Assembly (NCBI GenBank): GCA_001643675.2 | Contig: LSRY02000007.1 | Coordinates: 248,001 to 312,000, forward strand | DNA: 64,000 nt | Reading direction: 5' to 3' | Source: Monocercomonoides exilis PA203 | Taxonomy: Eukaryota; Protista; Preaxostyla | Part shown: positions 1 through 12,447 of the stretch, piece after piece | Layout of the letters: each line of letters begins with the position of its first letter | Numbering within the stretch: position 1 is the first letter of the stretch | The notes under the pieces: model-generated | Told to the model about the DNA's origin: nothing | Seen by the model: the letters and a program-made list of their open reading frames with translations, nothing else | Databases searched by the model: none | Made by a program: the position numbers and the translations under genes

Positions 1-1137
1 CTGTGGAGAGAGATGGCAGTGGAGTGGGAGTGGATGGAGGAGGCTGTCCCGCCGAAGCTGCTGGCGCTGCTGTGTGCGAATATCGAGCAGAAGGAGAAGG
101 CAACACGAAGTGGGTCTTTTCAGAAGGCGCAGTTCGAATACGACGAAGACTCGCTCAAAGTGAATGTGGCGTGTGCGGTTGTCGGGAGATGCCTGGCGCT
201 GGCAGTAAGACATGCAGGCACAAACAACAAGAAGCTGCTGTCGATGCTGCTGAGTCTTGTCTACCATCTGCTGAATGGAGAAATGTTCATCTACAAAAAG
301 CATGTGAAGAGACAAATGGCAGCAGACAGCGCTGTCGAAGGAGATGTTGATAGAGAGTCTTCTTCTCGTGTCTCTGCTGATCCGTTTGGATGGATCAGAA
401 CTGGAGACATCCAAAGGGCAGACGCTGATGCGATGCTTTCTGCCATTTTGGGAGATGAATCGGATCGCAAATGCGAAAAAGGCGAAAGCGCCTCAACTTC
501 TTCGTCATCATCATCACCATCATCATCATCATCTTCTTCTTCTTCTTCTTCAACTTTATCTTCAACTTTATCATCATCATCATCTGAACAATCTGAACAA
601 GAATACAATCTTTTAGTTCCTCCACCCAATCCAACTCCTCCAACTCCTGCAAAGCCACAACCATCATCCATCCCGCACTTCCTCTTCTTCAGCCTCCCCC
701 ACCACATCTCAACGCTCCTAGCTGCCCATCTGTGCATTGCTGCTGGCGTGGTTGCAGCAGGCACAGGAAACGTGCATGTGCTGCGTGTGCTGTTCTATTC
801 GCTGAAGATGCTTCTGCCTAGCGGAGAGAGCGTTGCCGACATCGCCACCATCCTCAGAGGCCCTCCTCCTTCAGACAACCCTTTCCCTCCCCCAGCCCCT
901 TCCATGGACTGGGCTGTCCCGCGCATTGCCCACTTCCACCAGCTCCTTTTCGTCCACTTCGCTATGGGCTTGCTGTTTCTTTCAAGAAATGCCTGCACCC
1001 TGACTTCTGATAATGCTCTTGCTTCGGCTGGATTGGTACTCACTCTTTTTCCTAATTTCTCAACGGGTGTTGAATCACAGCAATACTATCCTATTTATTT
1101 TCGTTATGGATATGTATTGGCAATGAAGAAAAGATAG
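1..1137 (+). CDS. APC1: Anaphase-promoting complex subunit 1, C-terminal PC-repeat region (5' partial)
   Basis: Translated motifs VVGRCLALAVRHAGT, AAGVVAAGTGNVHVLR and FAMGLLFLS..TLTSDN..SAGLVLTLFPNF......YYPIYFRYGYVLA follow the APC1 PC-repeat pattern (GACLSLGFRFAGS, MVMAGSGNL, MAIGLLFLG..TLS..N.AIA.LL..LYPHF...LRHLYVLA). Frame is open from the window start; stop TAG at 1135-1137. Confidence 0.8.
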   Translation: MWREMAVEWEWMEEAVPPKLLALLCANIEQKEKATRSGSFQKAQFEYDEDSLKVNVACAVVGRCLALAVRHAGTNNKKLLSMLLSLVYHLLNGEMFIYKKHVKRQMAADSAVEGDVDRESSSRVSADPFGWIRTGDIQRADADAMLSAILGDESDRKCEKGESASTSSSSSSPSSSSSSSSSSSTLSSTLSSSSSEQSEQEYNLLVPPPNPTPPTPAKPQPSSIPHFLFFSLPHHISTLLAAHLCIAAGVVAAGTGNVHVLRVLFYSLKMLLPSGESVADIATILRGPPPSDNPFPPPAPSMDWAVPRIAHFHQLLFVHFAMGLLFLSRNACTLTSDNALASAGLVLTLFPNFSTGVESQQYYPIYFRYGYVLAMKKR

Positions 1138-1254
1138 AATTGTGTGCTATTGAATGTGTTTATAAAAATTTAGTTATTGTTTTTCTTGATCATGATATGT
1201 ATTAAAATTTTTGTTTTATTTTATCTTTAATTTTTCGGGAGCTTATAAACATAT

Positions 1255-3908
1255 ATGAGTCTGAAAACAGATGCCTTAGTTCCAATTGCATCTCGTATAT
1301 GTTTTCGGAAATTTTCTTTTCTAACTACACCTGGTATTTTACTTTATGTGAAAAAATGCCTTTCAGGGCTAATACTTACAGTTGGGATGAATACAGAAAT
1401 ATCTTTTTTGGGAAAGAAAAGAACCATTCATATTTATTCAGCTAATGTTGGAGATGAAGTTATAGAAAGAGGGCAGAAATTTAAGATAAATGAAACAACA
1501 GAAATATTGTTTTCTCAAGCGCAAGAGGAGAAACAAAAGCCTCAATCATCCCCAAAATCAGAAAATACTAAATTAAGTTCTATTTCTGGGCAAGAAAGGG
1601 TTATAAGTGTTATTAAGGAAACAATTTTGGCTTCTCTTACTGATCCACTATTTTTTGTAAAGTTTGGCTTAAAACCTCCCCGATCAATTCTTCTTTTTGG
1701 ACCTCCAGGAACAGGGAAAACAATGATTGCTAGGGCAACAGCACTCGAAGCTGGAGCAAATTTAATATCTATATCAGGAACTGATTTTAGTTATGGAAGA
1801 GATGCGAAGGATGTTCTTCAAACTGCTTTTTTAACAGCATTATCAACGCAACCATCTCTAATATTTTTTGATGAATTGGATTTAATCTGTCCATCAACTG
1901 GTACATCTTTTGGATCCCAAAGTGGAGGAAGTGGAACGCAGGGTTTATCGCAAAAAATCGTCAACGAGCTTTGCTCTCAACTTGATTCTCTTTCGCCAAC
2001 AGCTCGAGTAGCAATATTGGGGGCAACAAACAACGTGGATCGCATAGATTCTGCTCTTTTGCGTGGAGGAAGATTTGATCGTCAATTAGAGGTTGGTGTA
2101 CCAACAGAGGCTGAAAGAAAAGAGATATTGTTTTCCTTAATGAAAGGAGAGGTAAAGCATGATACGCTAGAAAACAAACAGTGCAAAAACGAACCTGGAT
2201 CCAAATCAGACGCTTGTTTACAGGTATCTCAAAGTGATCAGAGGTCGCCGTTTTCATTGAGTGATGAGCAGATTGCAATGGTGGCGGAACGGGCGCATGG
2301 CTTTGTCGCTGCAGATCTTTGCGCATTGTGTCAGGCAGCGTCGGTTTATGCCATTCACAGATTTCGAAGAGAGGAAAAAGCAAAGAAAGAGAAAGATTCC
2401 TGCTTATTTCATTCAACAGAAAGCAGCTCATCGTCATCAGCTCCCTTGACAATTCCTCGAGATACATCCTCTTTAGACGAAAATTCTTCAACTAATACTT
2501 CTTCATTAACACAGAAAATGGCTCATCTTACATTATCTCCGACTTCAGAAGATGTTTTCCCTTCTGTCACGTTGGACGATGTGTCACATGCATTTCAGAG
2601 CATTCGCCCATCGGCTATGAGAGACATCGCTGTGTCTGTTGAGCCTGTTCGTTGGAGTGACATCGGAGGCGAAGAAGACGTGAAAAAAAAAGTCAGAGAA
2701 GTTGTCGAATGGCCATTGCTGCATCCTGAAGCTTTTCAAAGGATGGGAATTAGAGCGCCTAGAGGAATCCTTTTGTTTGGGTGTGTTTTTTTTAATTAGA
2801 AAAATAATTGATAATGATATGTTTAAACACGGAATTAGTCCTCCTGGCTGCAGCAAGACAATGATGGCCAGAGCTGTTGCCACTGAAAGTGGAATGAACT
2901 TTCTGTCGGTGAAAGGACCAGAGCTGTTCTCAAAGTGGGTGGGAGAATCTGAGAAAGCTATCCACACACTGTTTAGTCGGGCTCGTACGCTGTCTCCTGC
3001 AGTGGTGTTCTTCGACGAGGTGGATGCCATTGCAGGAAAGCGGAAAGAAGGAGGAGGAGGGGTGACAGATAGAGTATTATCACAGCTTTTGATGGAAATG
3101 GATGGAGTGACGCCTCTTACTCGTGTTGTGGTTATGGCAGCCACAAACAGGCCAGATGTGCTGGATGCTGCGTTTCTTAGGCCTGGCCGAATTGATCGCA
3201 TGGTGTTTGTTCCTCCGCCAGACGAGGAAGGGAGAGCAGCAATTTTCAAAAGCAGAACAAAAAGAATTATTAATGCTGATACAGAAGATGAAAAAGATGG
3301 AATTGAATCAAAAAATGTGGAATCGAATGAAAAGAAAGACGAAAATCATGGCAAATTTGACTGGGCAACAAAAGGCATCAAGAAAAAAGATAACAAAATT
3401 CCAATTGATGATGATGTAGATATAGAACAGCTGTCAAAGATGGTTTGTGCTTTATTTTTTTAGATTATGAATCACTTTTTTTAAAACATGCACATTTTAA
3501 ACAAACAAAACATATATCCAAATGCTTTTCTCTTTCATACGTCTTAATGGAATAATCAACAAACATATCATTTTCATCCATATCACCATGTGGAAATTGC
3601 TAATTCAGACTGATTCTTTCTCCGGAGCAGAAGTGGTTGCACTTTGTAGAGAAGCATCGTTGTGTGCAATTCGCGAAGAGATGAATTCGCTAGAGACGCC
3701 CAGCAGTAATTGCGAACAGATTTCTGATTTACATCAACTTTCATCAGCTCAGGCTTTAATGCCTTTAGGTGCTACTAAAAAACAAGAAATGCGTGTTTGC
3801 ATGAGACATTTTATTGGAGCACTGAAAACAATAGCACCACAAATCACAAAAGAGATGATGTCTTTTTATTATCGATTTATTGAAGATAACAAAGACAGAG
3901 CAAAATAA
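1255..3908 (+). CDS. AFG2: AFG2/SPATA5 (Drg1) type-II AAA+ ATPase; exons 1255-2780, 2839-3442, 3609-3908
   Basis: D1 has [14 protein letters not shown] and [12 protein letters not shown] intron 2781-2838 rebuilds the D2 Walker A as [13 protein letters not shown], typical of AFG2/SPATA5. D2 also has [22 protein letters not shown] and LRPGRIDR. Intron 3443-3608 joins LSKM to TDSFSGAEV. An extra in-frame intron ending at 1366 is possible. Confidence 0.85.
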
Positions 3909-4212
3909 AAATAGGGAGGATATTTAATCCATGCATTTTATTTTATCTGTGCATCGATTTTTTTTGAAAAATTATGGCTTTTCAAATTGGAATAAAAAGC
4001 GGAAAAGCAAAATTTGTCAGGCTGAAAAACCTTTTCTTATCTAAACGAATATTCATATTTTTGATTTTTACTCGTCTGACATTGTTCCTTATGGTGGAAA
4101 ATCCAACAGTTGATAACGTGAAATAGCATATGGCTGATCCTTTTCAAAATTTTCTTTTTTTCTTCTGATTCCTTTTTTTTCAAGTTTTTCTTCCTTTTCT
4201 TTCTCTTCAAAT

Positions 4213-4248
<36 letters not shown>

Positions 4249-4748
4249 CTTTCTTTTCATTTCTTTTTTCCACATCTTTTTCAAATTCTTTCTTTATTTC
4301 ATCTGAAAACAATTTATCTTCATCAGCTTTCTATTCTTCTCCTTCTCTCCTTCTCTCCTTCTCTCCTTTCTCTCCTTTTTCTTCTTCTCCTTTTTTTTTT
4401 TTTTTTTTTTTTTTTTTGTTGTTGTTGTTGTTGTTGTATGTTCTCGAATGAATCCAATTTTGAACAAAACTTGAATGATTGGAAGCTTTTTGAAGGATTT
4501 TCAACTGTCTTTATGTTCATTAAGTGAGAGAAAACGAACCACATTTGGATGAAAACCTTTAATGACAATATGAAAATGAATCGTTAATAAATTTCCTCTG
4601 GAATTGTCACAACCGAAAAATTGATATGATTGAATCATTGAAGACCAAAAATTGAAATGTGTTTTTTTCGGTTCTGACAATATGCATGCTTTTGGATAAT
4701 TAACCTCTTATATGCACAGAGATTCAGGTACGACGCAATAAAAATCAT

Positions 4749-7700
4749 TTGTTAGTTGCAAAACACAACTCTTGTCTTATATTGGAATCAGTCGTTATTT
4801 TTCCACAACTATTTACAGCAGAATGTCCAATAAGCTTGTCAAACCGTTTTATTTGTATTCAAAACATATCGTTGCATTCAAATGAGGCTAGAAAGTCATT
4901 TCCAACAATTATTGAATATTGTTCAGCAGCTGAACCTTTGTTTCAAAACTGCGATGCATTTATGAAAAATAGTTATTTTTCATCATTCGATGTTAAATCT
5001 CCTTTTCCTCTTTTTGTGTCATCTTCAAGTGTAAAAAGCAGCATTGACCAATCCATTTTTAAAAACATATCTAATTCAAAAGAATTGTCAAACACCACAT
5101 ACGAAACTTCCAGTGTATCTTCAATAAGCTCTTGTGAATTCGCAAACGTTATTTCTCCATATGATGGGGGAATAATACATGGACTGAGAGGTCACAATTC
5201 CCAATGCATTTGCAACACTTCATTTTATTCAAATTTCCGATTGTCAAATGAGAATTTCAACAATAATCATTCAATGGCTAGTCAAAAAATCACTACAGGG
5301 GATATGATATGCAATGATTGTTGGTTTATAAATATCACAAATAGAGCTATTTATTTCTTATCTGAAGGAACGCTAAAGCTTTCAAGATGTGTTGGAAAGA
5401 ATTGCTTTGTTCCAGAAGCTTCAGGCTCAATGGGTTTTACAAATGGAAAAGGTTCAGTAATAATTGAAGAATCAAATTTTTTCAATTGTTCCTGTCCTCA
5501 TTCCGGTGGAGCATTCTGGACTCAGTGCAATTCTTTTTCCTGTTCTCAATCGAATTTCAGTGATGGGGAAGCTGGGCATCAGGCATTTGCACTCCATTTT
5601 GATAACACTAAAAATCCTGTTCAAATCAGTTGTTGCATATTCACAAATGGAAAACCGTTTTCTGAAACAAATACAGGAGGAGGTGCAGTAACTTTTATCA
5701 CAAATTCAAGCTGTTTTATACGAGAAAGTTCTTTTTCGAGCATTATATCTCGTTCAATTTCATCAGCAGTTGCAATAAGAGGTTCAACAAAGTTTCAAAG
5801 CAAACTCTTTTTCTGCTTTTTTGAGAAAAATGTTGGTGATATTTCATCTGATGTTTGTGCAGATGCTGCAAGCAAAAATTATATCCCAAAAGCAAACGTC
5901 GTTTTTTGCTTGTCATTTTCAACTGGTCCAAAACCACGTGTGATGATCGGAACATCTGACTGCAGTACATGGATTCCTCAAGGATTCAACATTTTGAAAG
6001 TTGATGTTGTGCATGGAGAAAATAATAGAATGTGCGGTCATGGATCAAGTGATGGCCCTTATTCCACATGCAAAACAATCGAGTACACAATTCAGGTGGC
6101 TGATCACATCTCAGGATTAACCACTCGCGTGGATATCGCTGCTGGAGCGTACACTGAAGAAGGAATGAACGTTAATAATCTCACAATGAACTTTTGTGGA
6201 GCCAGCAAGGAGTCAACAAGCATCTCTTCATCGATAATTACTTTATTTCAGATATCAACTGGTTCTGCTTCGTTGAACAAATTGAAAATTGTCCGGAATT
6301 CTTCAGCATCAATCTCCACACAACTATTTTCAATAACACAGTCAAGCGGACGATTGAATGTCAGTGATTGCATAATTACTGCAGAAGCAACAAATCATAA
6401 TCCATTCGCAACTTCTTTATTTTCATTTTCTTGTGGAGCAATGACATTTTCAGATGTAAAATTCAAATCGATGAAATTCATCTCTGTTTCTGCGATTGCC
6501 ATTGATGCAAAATCTTCTGAGAATCTGGTATTCCGCTCAGTTGATTTCGTTTCAATTGTTCGAAATGAAGGAAATGGAGCTGTTTTTGAAAAAATAGTTC
6601 AAAGAAATGAAGTTGTGACATTTTATGGAATGAATGCGAGCAATTGCCAATGTTTAAAGGGAAGCGGTGGCTGTTCCTGGCTAAGTGTTGAAAGTGGAGG
6701 AGAGGTAATTATCGGGAAGAATAGTGAAATTACAATGTTTTCTGGATGCACAGCAACAGTCAATAACTCAATTGGAGGATTCGGAGGTGCGTTGTTTTTT
6801 GATACAAAAAGAGGAGGAACAAATTTTGTTATACAGAATTTAACTTTTGGTACAGGAGGAAATGAAAACAAAGCAGATTTGGGAGGAAAAAACATTTTCA
6901 TTGATGCACAAAAAATGAGCTCAGTTGTCACATCAACAACATTTCATATTGTTTTGTCATCAGATAGCACAAAAAACACTGAGGCAATGGGGTTTGAAGA
7001 AGGATTCAGAGACATTCCGATTCCTTTAGCTCCATATTTGATGAGACCAAACGAGAAAGCACGCGTTGGCGGTTCTCAACAAAGAGATTTCAGTGCATGA
7101 GGCTTTTCATCATATCCATGTGAAACAATTAGCTATGCTGCCTCACTCAGATATTCTGGTGATCCGAAGACAATAATTTTGAACAGCGGATTTGTCTTCA
7201 AAGAATCAATGGAACTCAATGAAAATAATTGGACGATTGAATGTGGGATTATGGGGACTGAGATTAATATTCAAGGAAATGATCAAGTCCCTTCTGTTGG
7301 CATGATTCATGTGACAAAAACCACAAAGATGAGCAACATTTCGTTCTGTCTCCCTGCATCCTTGCCTTCCACCTCGACATTGATTGCATGCTCAGCAGAA
7401 TCCCTCGAACTGAAAAACTGCGGAGCAAAGTTGAGCAACAGTGGAAACAGCGAATTGGAATATTGCTTTGTGAGAGCTTCTCATTCAACGTTGGTTCTGA
7501 ATACATTCACCGTTAACACGCAACTGTCATTTGCCTCGAATAGCATGATAGTGTCGAGAAATGGCTGCAGTGTGAATCTGAATAACTGCTCCATTTCTGA
7601 AGTTGAAAAGTCAAATGGAAACGGAGGATTCTTTGAATCAGCAGGAAGAAATGAAGGAAACTATTCATGCAACATTATTGTTGATAACTGCACCATTTCC

Positions 7701-9610
7701 AGTTGCAAAGCTAGCGGCAACAATGCTTGTGGCGGAGGATTGTTTGTTGAGCTGAAAGAAAATGAGAAGCTCATTGTTAACGGTTCGACAACATTCGATG
7801 GATGCCTCACAGCTTGTGTGGAACACGATACAGGAAAGGGAGGAGCAGTGATGATATCAGTTAACGATGCATCTGCTTCATTCTCATTTGGAGAAAGAGT
7901 GCTCTTCTCTCAGAGCAAAGCAAACAATGCAACTTTCGGAAAAGATTTGTTCATTTCCTGCGGAACTGGAATTTTTCTAAAAGAGAAGACTAACTTCGAA
8001 TCACTTCTGTTTTTTGACAGTTCCATGGAACCTGATGATCTGAATCAAATGAGTGGAACGGAAAATGGAGAAGATGAACCAAAAATTCCAATATTTGTAT
8101 ATTTTTGTTCATTGGTATCTTCTATTCAAACAGATGGAAATGGTGGAATAGATCATCCATTTTGTGGTTTTAAGGGATTTATGTGTAAATCAATTGATTA
8201 CAGCTTTAAACACAGAATTAGTCCTTCAGTAAATGAAGTTGATGTTGATTCAACAAGCTTTATTAACAACGAGCTCATTGCGATGAATTGTCATTTCTGT
8301 TTAACATCGCAAACTTCAGGAGCATCTGTTTCATTTGATGATAAGGGTGACAATAACTGTGAAGCGCTCATTGTCTGCGAATTAAATTCAACAGTGGAGA
8401 TATCAAATCTTGAGCTTTCATTGCCAGACATACTTCAGCAAAAGCACATTTCTATTCTCGAGAGCTCATCAATACTATCATTGCTTTCCATTTCGTTTGT
8501 TTCAATAAATGAGTCAATATCTCGACAATTTGGAATCTTTCGAGTGTTGGGCGGAAATTTTTCAATGTTAGACGCATTATTCAAAGGAATATTCTTATTT
8601 TTTGGAAGATCTGCGATTGAGATCTGCAACGAACAAGTCAGTAATCTCAACAATTGTTCGCTTATTGGAGTGAAGCAGTACAACGGGGATGGAGGTTGCA
8701 TTTCTGTGAATTTGCAAATTCCAACACCAACATCAGTTTTTTTTGATAATTGTACTGTTTCAGGCGAATGTGCGGAAGGAAAAAATCTGAAAGGAGGAGG
8801 CATTTTTGCTTCACTGCAAAGCGGAGTTATAAGCATTCAGAATACGATGTTTGACGAGTGCAAGGTGCCTTCATCAGGAAGCGAAGCAAATGTAAAAGGT
8901 ATTGGAGGAGGGTTATATTTTTATGCAATGGATGATGAAACAGAACTTTCTTTGAATAAAGTTATGTTTCATGGTTGTTCGGGGTGGAAAGGCGATTGCA
9001 TGTTTGTGGACGGAAACAATTTGAGCTTCTTGATCAAAAAGGAAAGATTTTCATTTGAATGGGCAGAATTAGGTGAAAAGGATCTGATGGGCTTTGAACG
9101 AAGCACAACAAGCAGCAGTGTTGAACTTCTTCTTGGCGCATTTCTGACTCCGTTTGAAGGCAAAGGATTTGTGAGTGGGGATGGTGAAGGTCTTGATCAT
9201 TCAGGCTGCGGGTTGAGAGCTTATCCATGCAGAACAGTGCCACATTTGCTGAAAAGGCGCTTCCAAGCAATCTCTTCAACAACAGCAGAAATTACTTTTT
9301 CAAGTTCTTATTCAATCAAAGATGCATTTGCAATTCAATCATATTCAGCTTGCTTTGAAAGTGAAATGGAAGGAATGGAAACTGTTATTGAAGAAGATGA
9401 AACTGGAGTTGCTGATGGACTGATTGAAACAAGAAATACAGTTTCATTCAGTTGCATAAAATTTTCCTTGCCTTCTCAATTCACTGTTGAGCGCAGTTGC
9501 TTGTTCCTATGTTATTCATCATAATAACACTTCAAAAGTGCTCTGCGCAGCTTAAAGGCGGAGTCGGAAAAGTTGAGTATAACTTCGTTAAAGTTATGAA
9601 TGGAGAAGTG
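4749..9610 (+). pseudogene. Disrupted, truncated member of the Cys/Gly-repeat (GGA/GGG beta-helix-like) surface protein family
   Basis: ORFs 4749-7100 and 7179-9524 share a frame and are split by one TGA (7098-7100) at the Cys of the family motif DFSxCG..YPC. A frameshift near 9521 continues as ITLQKCSAQ..VEYNFVKV; similarity ends near 9610 with no TM or kinase tail. Modules resemble those at 12614-20823 and 35697-44975. Confidence 0.75.
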
Positions 9611-9759
9611 TTCGAGAAAACAATCTCCAACGCAAACAATTGAATTGAACTGTTTTGAAATTTCTAATTGAGAATATCAGAATATAATGAATTTGTATCA
9701 ACTTTTCATCCTAATTCAATGAAACAGCTTCACTTCAGATCAAAAATGATTGAAATACT

Positions 9760-9760
<1 letters not shown>

Positions 9761-9802
<42 letters not shown>

Positions 9803-10031
9803 AGAGAGAGAGATAAAGAAAAAGAGAATGAAAAAGAGAGAAGAATAGTTGATGTTTGTTTTGTTTTCCACTGAATAAAGATGTGAAGTTAAAATTAGAG
9901 ATCCTAAATATTGGAATGATTTTTTAAAAATAATTGATCAAACATTTGAAGTGTTTTTTAAATAATAATTATGTTGAGAGCAAATAAATAATGTGATGCT
10001 ACGAATTATATATTGAACAAAAAAAAAAAAA

Positions 10032-10095
<64 letters not shown>
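9761..10095 (+). repeat. Poly-A tracts and (GA)n microsatellite
   Basis: Poly-A at 9761-9799 and a pure (GA)n run at about 10034-10095. Confidence 0.9.
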
Positions 10096-10098
<3 letters not shown>

Positions 10099-10237
10099 AT
10101 GTTTGAAAAAGATAAAAAATATACCCATATTAAATTAGATTAATTGAAAAAATACTTATTACGGATTGAGAAAAGAATTAGATCTGAATAATATATAAAA
10201 GTGTTTTTGAATTTCTTCATATTTTCTTAAATAAAAA

Positions 10238-10777
10238 ATGGTACGCCTTTGTGAAATAATTATCAAGTAACAACAATTTCATTTGTTTTATTATCATCAA
10301 AGGTTCAAGCTCAAAAAGCGCCGGCAAATCCAACAGTTGTGAAAAGCGACAAACCAAAAAAAGCTATTAAATCAAGATCATTAAGAGCTGGTCTTCAATT
10401 TCCTGTAGGTCGTATCCATCGTTTTTTGAAAGACAGCTTGTCTCACAGAGGAAGAGTTGGAGCAACTGCTGCTGTTTACTCTGCTGCTATACTCGTATGT
10501 TATTAAAAATTCTTGTTGGAATTCTATAAATCTTTATTGTTATTTTCAATTTTAGGAATACTTAACTGCAGAAGTTTTAGAATTAGCAGGAAATGCTTCA
10601 AAAGGACTTAAGGTGAAAAGAATCACACCAAGACATCTTTTGTTGGCCATCAGAGGAGATGAAGAGCTGGATCAATTAATAAAGGCGACAATCGCTGGTG
10701 GTGGTGTGATGCCTCACATCCACAAGGCTTTGATTGGGCCAAAGGCTACCAAAGAAGATGAACTTCATCAAGCCTAA
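10238..10777 (+). CDS. H2A.Z: Histone variant H2A.Z, 138 aa; exons 10238-10240, 10303-10494, 10556-10777
   Basis: Spliced product M-VQAQK...[20 protein letters not shown]...[98 protein letters not shown] and IAGGGV.PHIHK are H2A.Z-diagnostic. Both introns are GT-AG, phase 0. Confidence 0.95.
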
Positions 10778-11005
10778 ATAAAAAATACATTTCATTGGCT
10801 TTGTTTTATTTATTTGTTTTTTTAATAAAATCGTTTTTTCAAAACGAAAAGTTAATTTGTGTTGAATATTAATTAAAAGAATAAAGCTTTCAATTTTTAT
10901 TATTATTATTACAAAAACGTTTCTTTTCACACAAGAGAATGAAGAAAAATTGATGAGAATAAAAAAATTATCACCCCTTTATATATTTTTCGCATTAAAG
11001 AAAAA

Positions 11006-11610
11006 ATGAGTGTTCTTCCTGGTGACTGGGATTGCCCTGTATGAACCACATTTGTCAAATAATACTTTGAAGGACTAGAAATGTGGGATTAATTTAAAAT
11101 TTAACAAATGAACAATTTTTAGAAATGCAAGGCTCATAACTTTGCACGAAGAACCACGTGCTACAGCTGCGGGAAAGGAAAATCGGTTCAGGAGGTGGCA
11201 AGATCACACAATTCTTTATCACTTTCAGATAAAAGTGTTCAAGAAAGGCGAGGCATGCTATGTTTATACAGTGTTCATTTTTATTTGACAAACATCTTTT
11301 GAAAAAATTTTTTCAGGAGATTGGTATTGCAAAAGTTTGTTTCAATGAATATTCCAATATTGAAGAATAATACATCAAATCGAAACTTATAGGCTGTGGC
11401 TATTTAAATTTTGCTTCTCGAACAAATTGCCAAAATTGTTCTGATCCAATCGACAAAAATCAAGAACGCATTAAAGGAGACTCGCCAAGTGATTCGAAAC
11501 GCATTCCTGTGGTAGAAATAAAAGAAGGTGATTGGATATGCACTAATTGTTCCACGCACAATTTTGCCAGAAGAAAAGAATGCTTCAAGTGTTCTGCTCC
11601 AAGATCATGA
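11006..11610 (+). CDS. Small protein with three RanBP2-type zinc fingers (ZRANB2-like, probable ssRNA binding); exons 11006-11038, 11123-11252, 11317-11334, 11393-11610
   Basis: Splicing gives PGDWDCPKCKAHNFARRTTCYSC, RGDWYCKSCGYLNFASRTNCQNC and EGDWICTNCSTHNFARRKECFKC, ending at TGA 11608-11610. Confidence 0.85.
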
Positions 11611-11774
11611 AAAGCTAATTATTAAGATCATAGAAAATGCAAATGAAAAAACGAATTTGATATTTTTTTGTAAAAAAAATAGAAAATAATGCATATTTCA
11701 ATCTTTTTATTTGAACTTTTTTCTTAATTGGTACCAAAATTTTTTGAAATGAAAAAAAGTTTAAAACACGTCAA

Positions 11775-11850
11775 TAAAAATAAAAATAAAAAATAAAAAA
11801 TAAAAAATAAAAAATAAAAAATAAAAAATAAAAAATTAAAAATTAAAAAT
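11775..11850 (+). repeat. (AAAAATA)n-type short tandem repeat
   Basis: About ten tandem A5-T-A units visible directly. Confidence 0.85.
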
Positions 11851-11969
11851 GAAAAATACTAAAAACAGACATTCTGATTCATACTAAAAATTAATGCTTC
11901 ATTATAATTATTAAATAATTCTAATGAAATTAGTTTTTTATTGAATCTTTAATAAATTTCTCTTGATAT

Positions 11970-12447
11970 GTGAGAAAATTTGGCTGACACTTTATGAAAT
12001 CACACTTTTGTTCGAGTTTTGATCAAAAATTTGGTTTCAATGGGATTTAAATTAAAATGAGTTGAAATTGGGAACACTTTTTGCTTGATATTGCTATCGC
12101 AAAAAAAAAATTTTTTTTTCCAATTCTATTGAGATTAATTCTTTTATCAAAACTCGAACGAAAGCATGATTTCTAAAAGGATCGGCCATATGGACTTTCA
12201 AGATTTTTTTGCATAAAGCATGATAAAAATTGTTTCACTTATATCATTTTCAAACTGAAGCAGATTTCAAAATAAATTTGATTTTCATATCTGTAAACAA
12301 ACATCATTGATATAATATCATTATGTTTTGAGACCTCAAACGTATTTCAAAAAATAATCCATTTATTTCAAATTTTTTGATCACAAAAAGTTCATCTATG
12401 ATGCATAATTTTTAAATGAAAATGCCTGAAGTTGAAAATTTTGTCAC
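11970..12447 (-). mobile_element. 268-bp non-autonomous element, copy A (ends GTG..CAC, ATAT flanks), interrupted by a nested MITE
   Basis: ATAT at 11966-11969 and 12448-12451. The reverse complement aligns along its length with 22442-22709. Removing the 206-bp nested element and one 4-bp site leaves exactly 268 bp. Confidence 0.75.
11982..12187. mobile_element. 206-bp MITE with ~65-bp imperfect terminal inverted repeats (GGC..GCC)
   Basis: Left arm ggctgacactttatgaaatcacacttttgttcgagttttgatc matches the reverse complement of the right arm (ggccgatccttttagaaatcatgctttcgttcgagttttgata). Flanks are ATTT (11978-11981) and ATAT (12188-12191). Confidence 0.75.

Noticed and set aside
4037-4568. 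Lys/Glu-rich minus-strand ORFs (similar plus-strand ORF at 9668-9874)
   Set aside because: Produced by poly-T/poly-A and simple repeats.
7098-7100. In-frame TGA exactly at a conserved Cys, suggesting selenocysteine or Cys recoding
   Set aside because: The same gene has a frameshift and truncation, TGA ends several intact genes here, and TGY to TGA is a single substitution.
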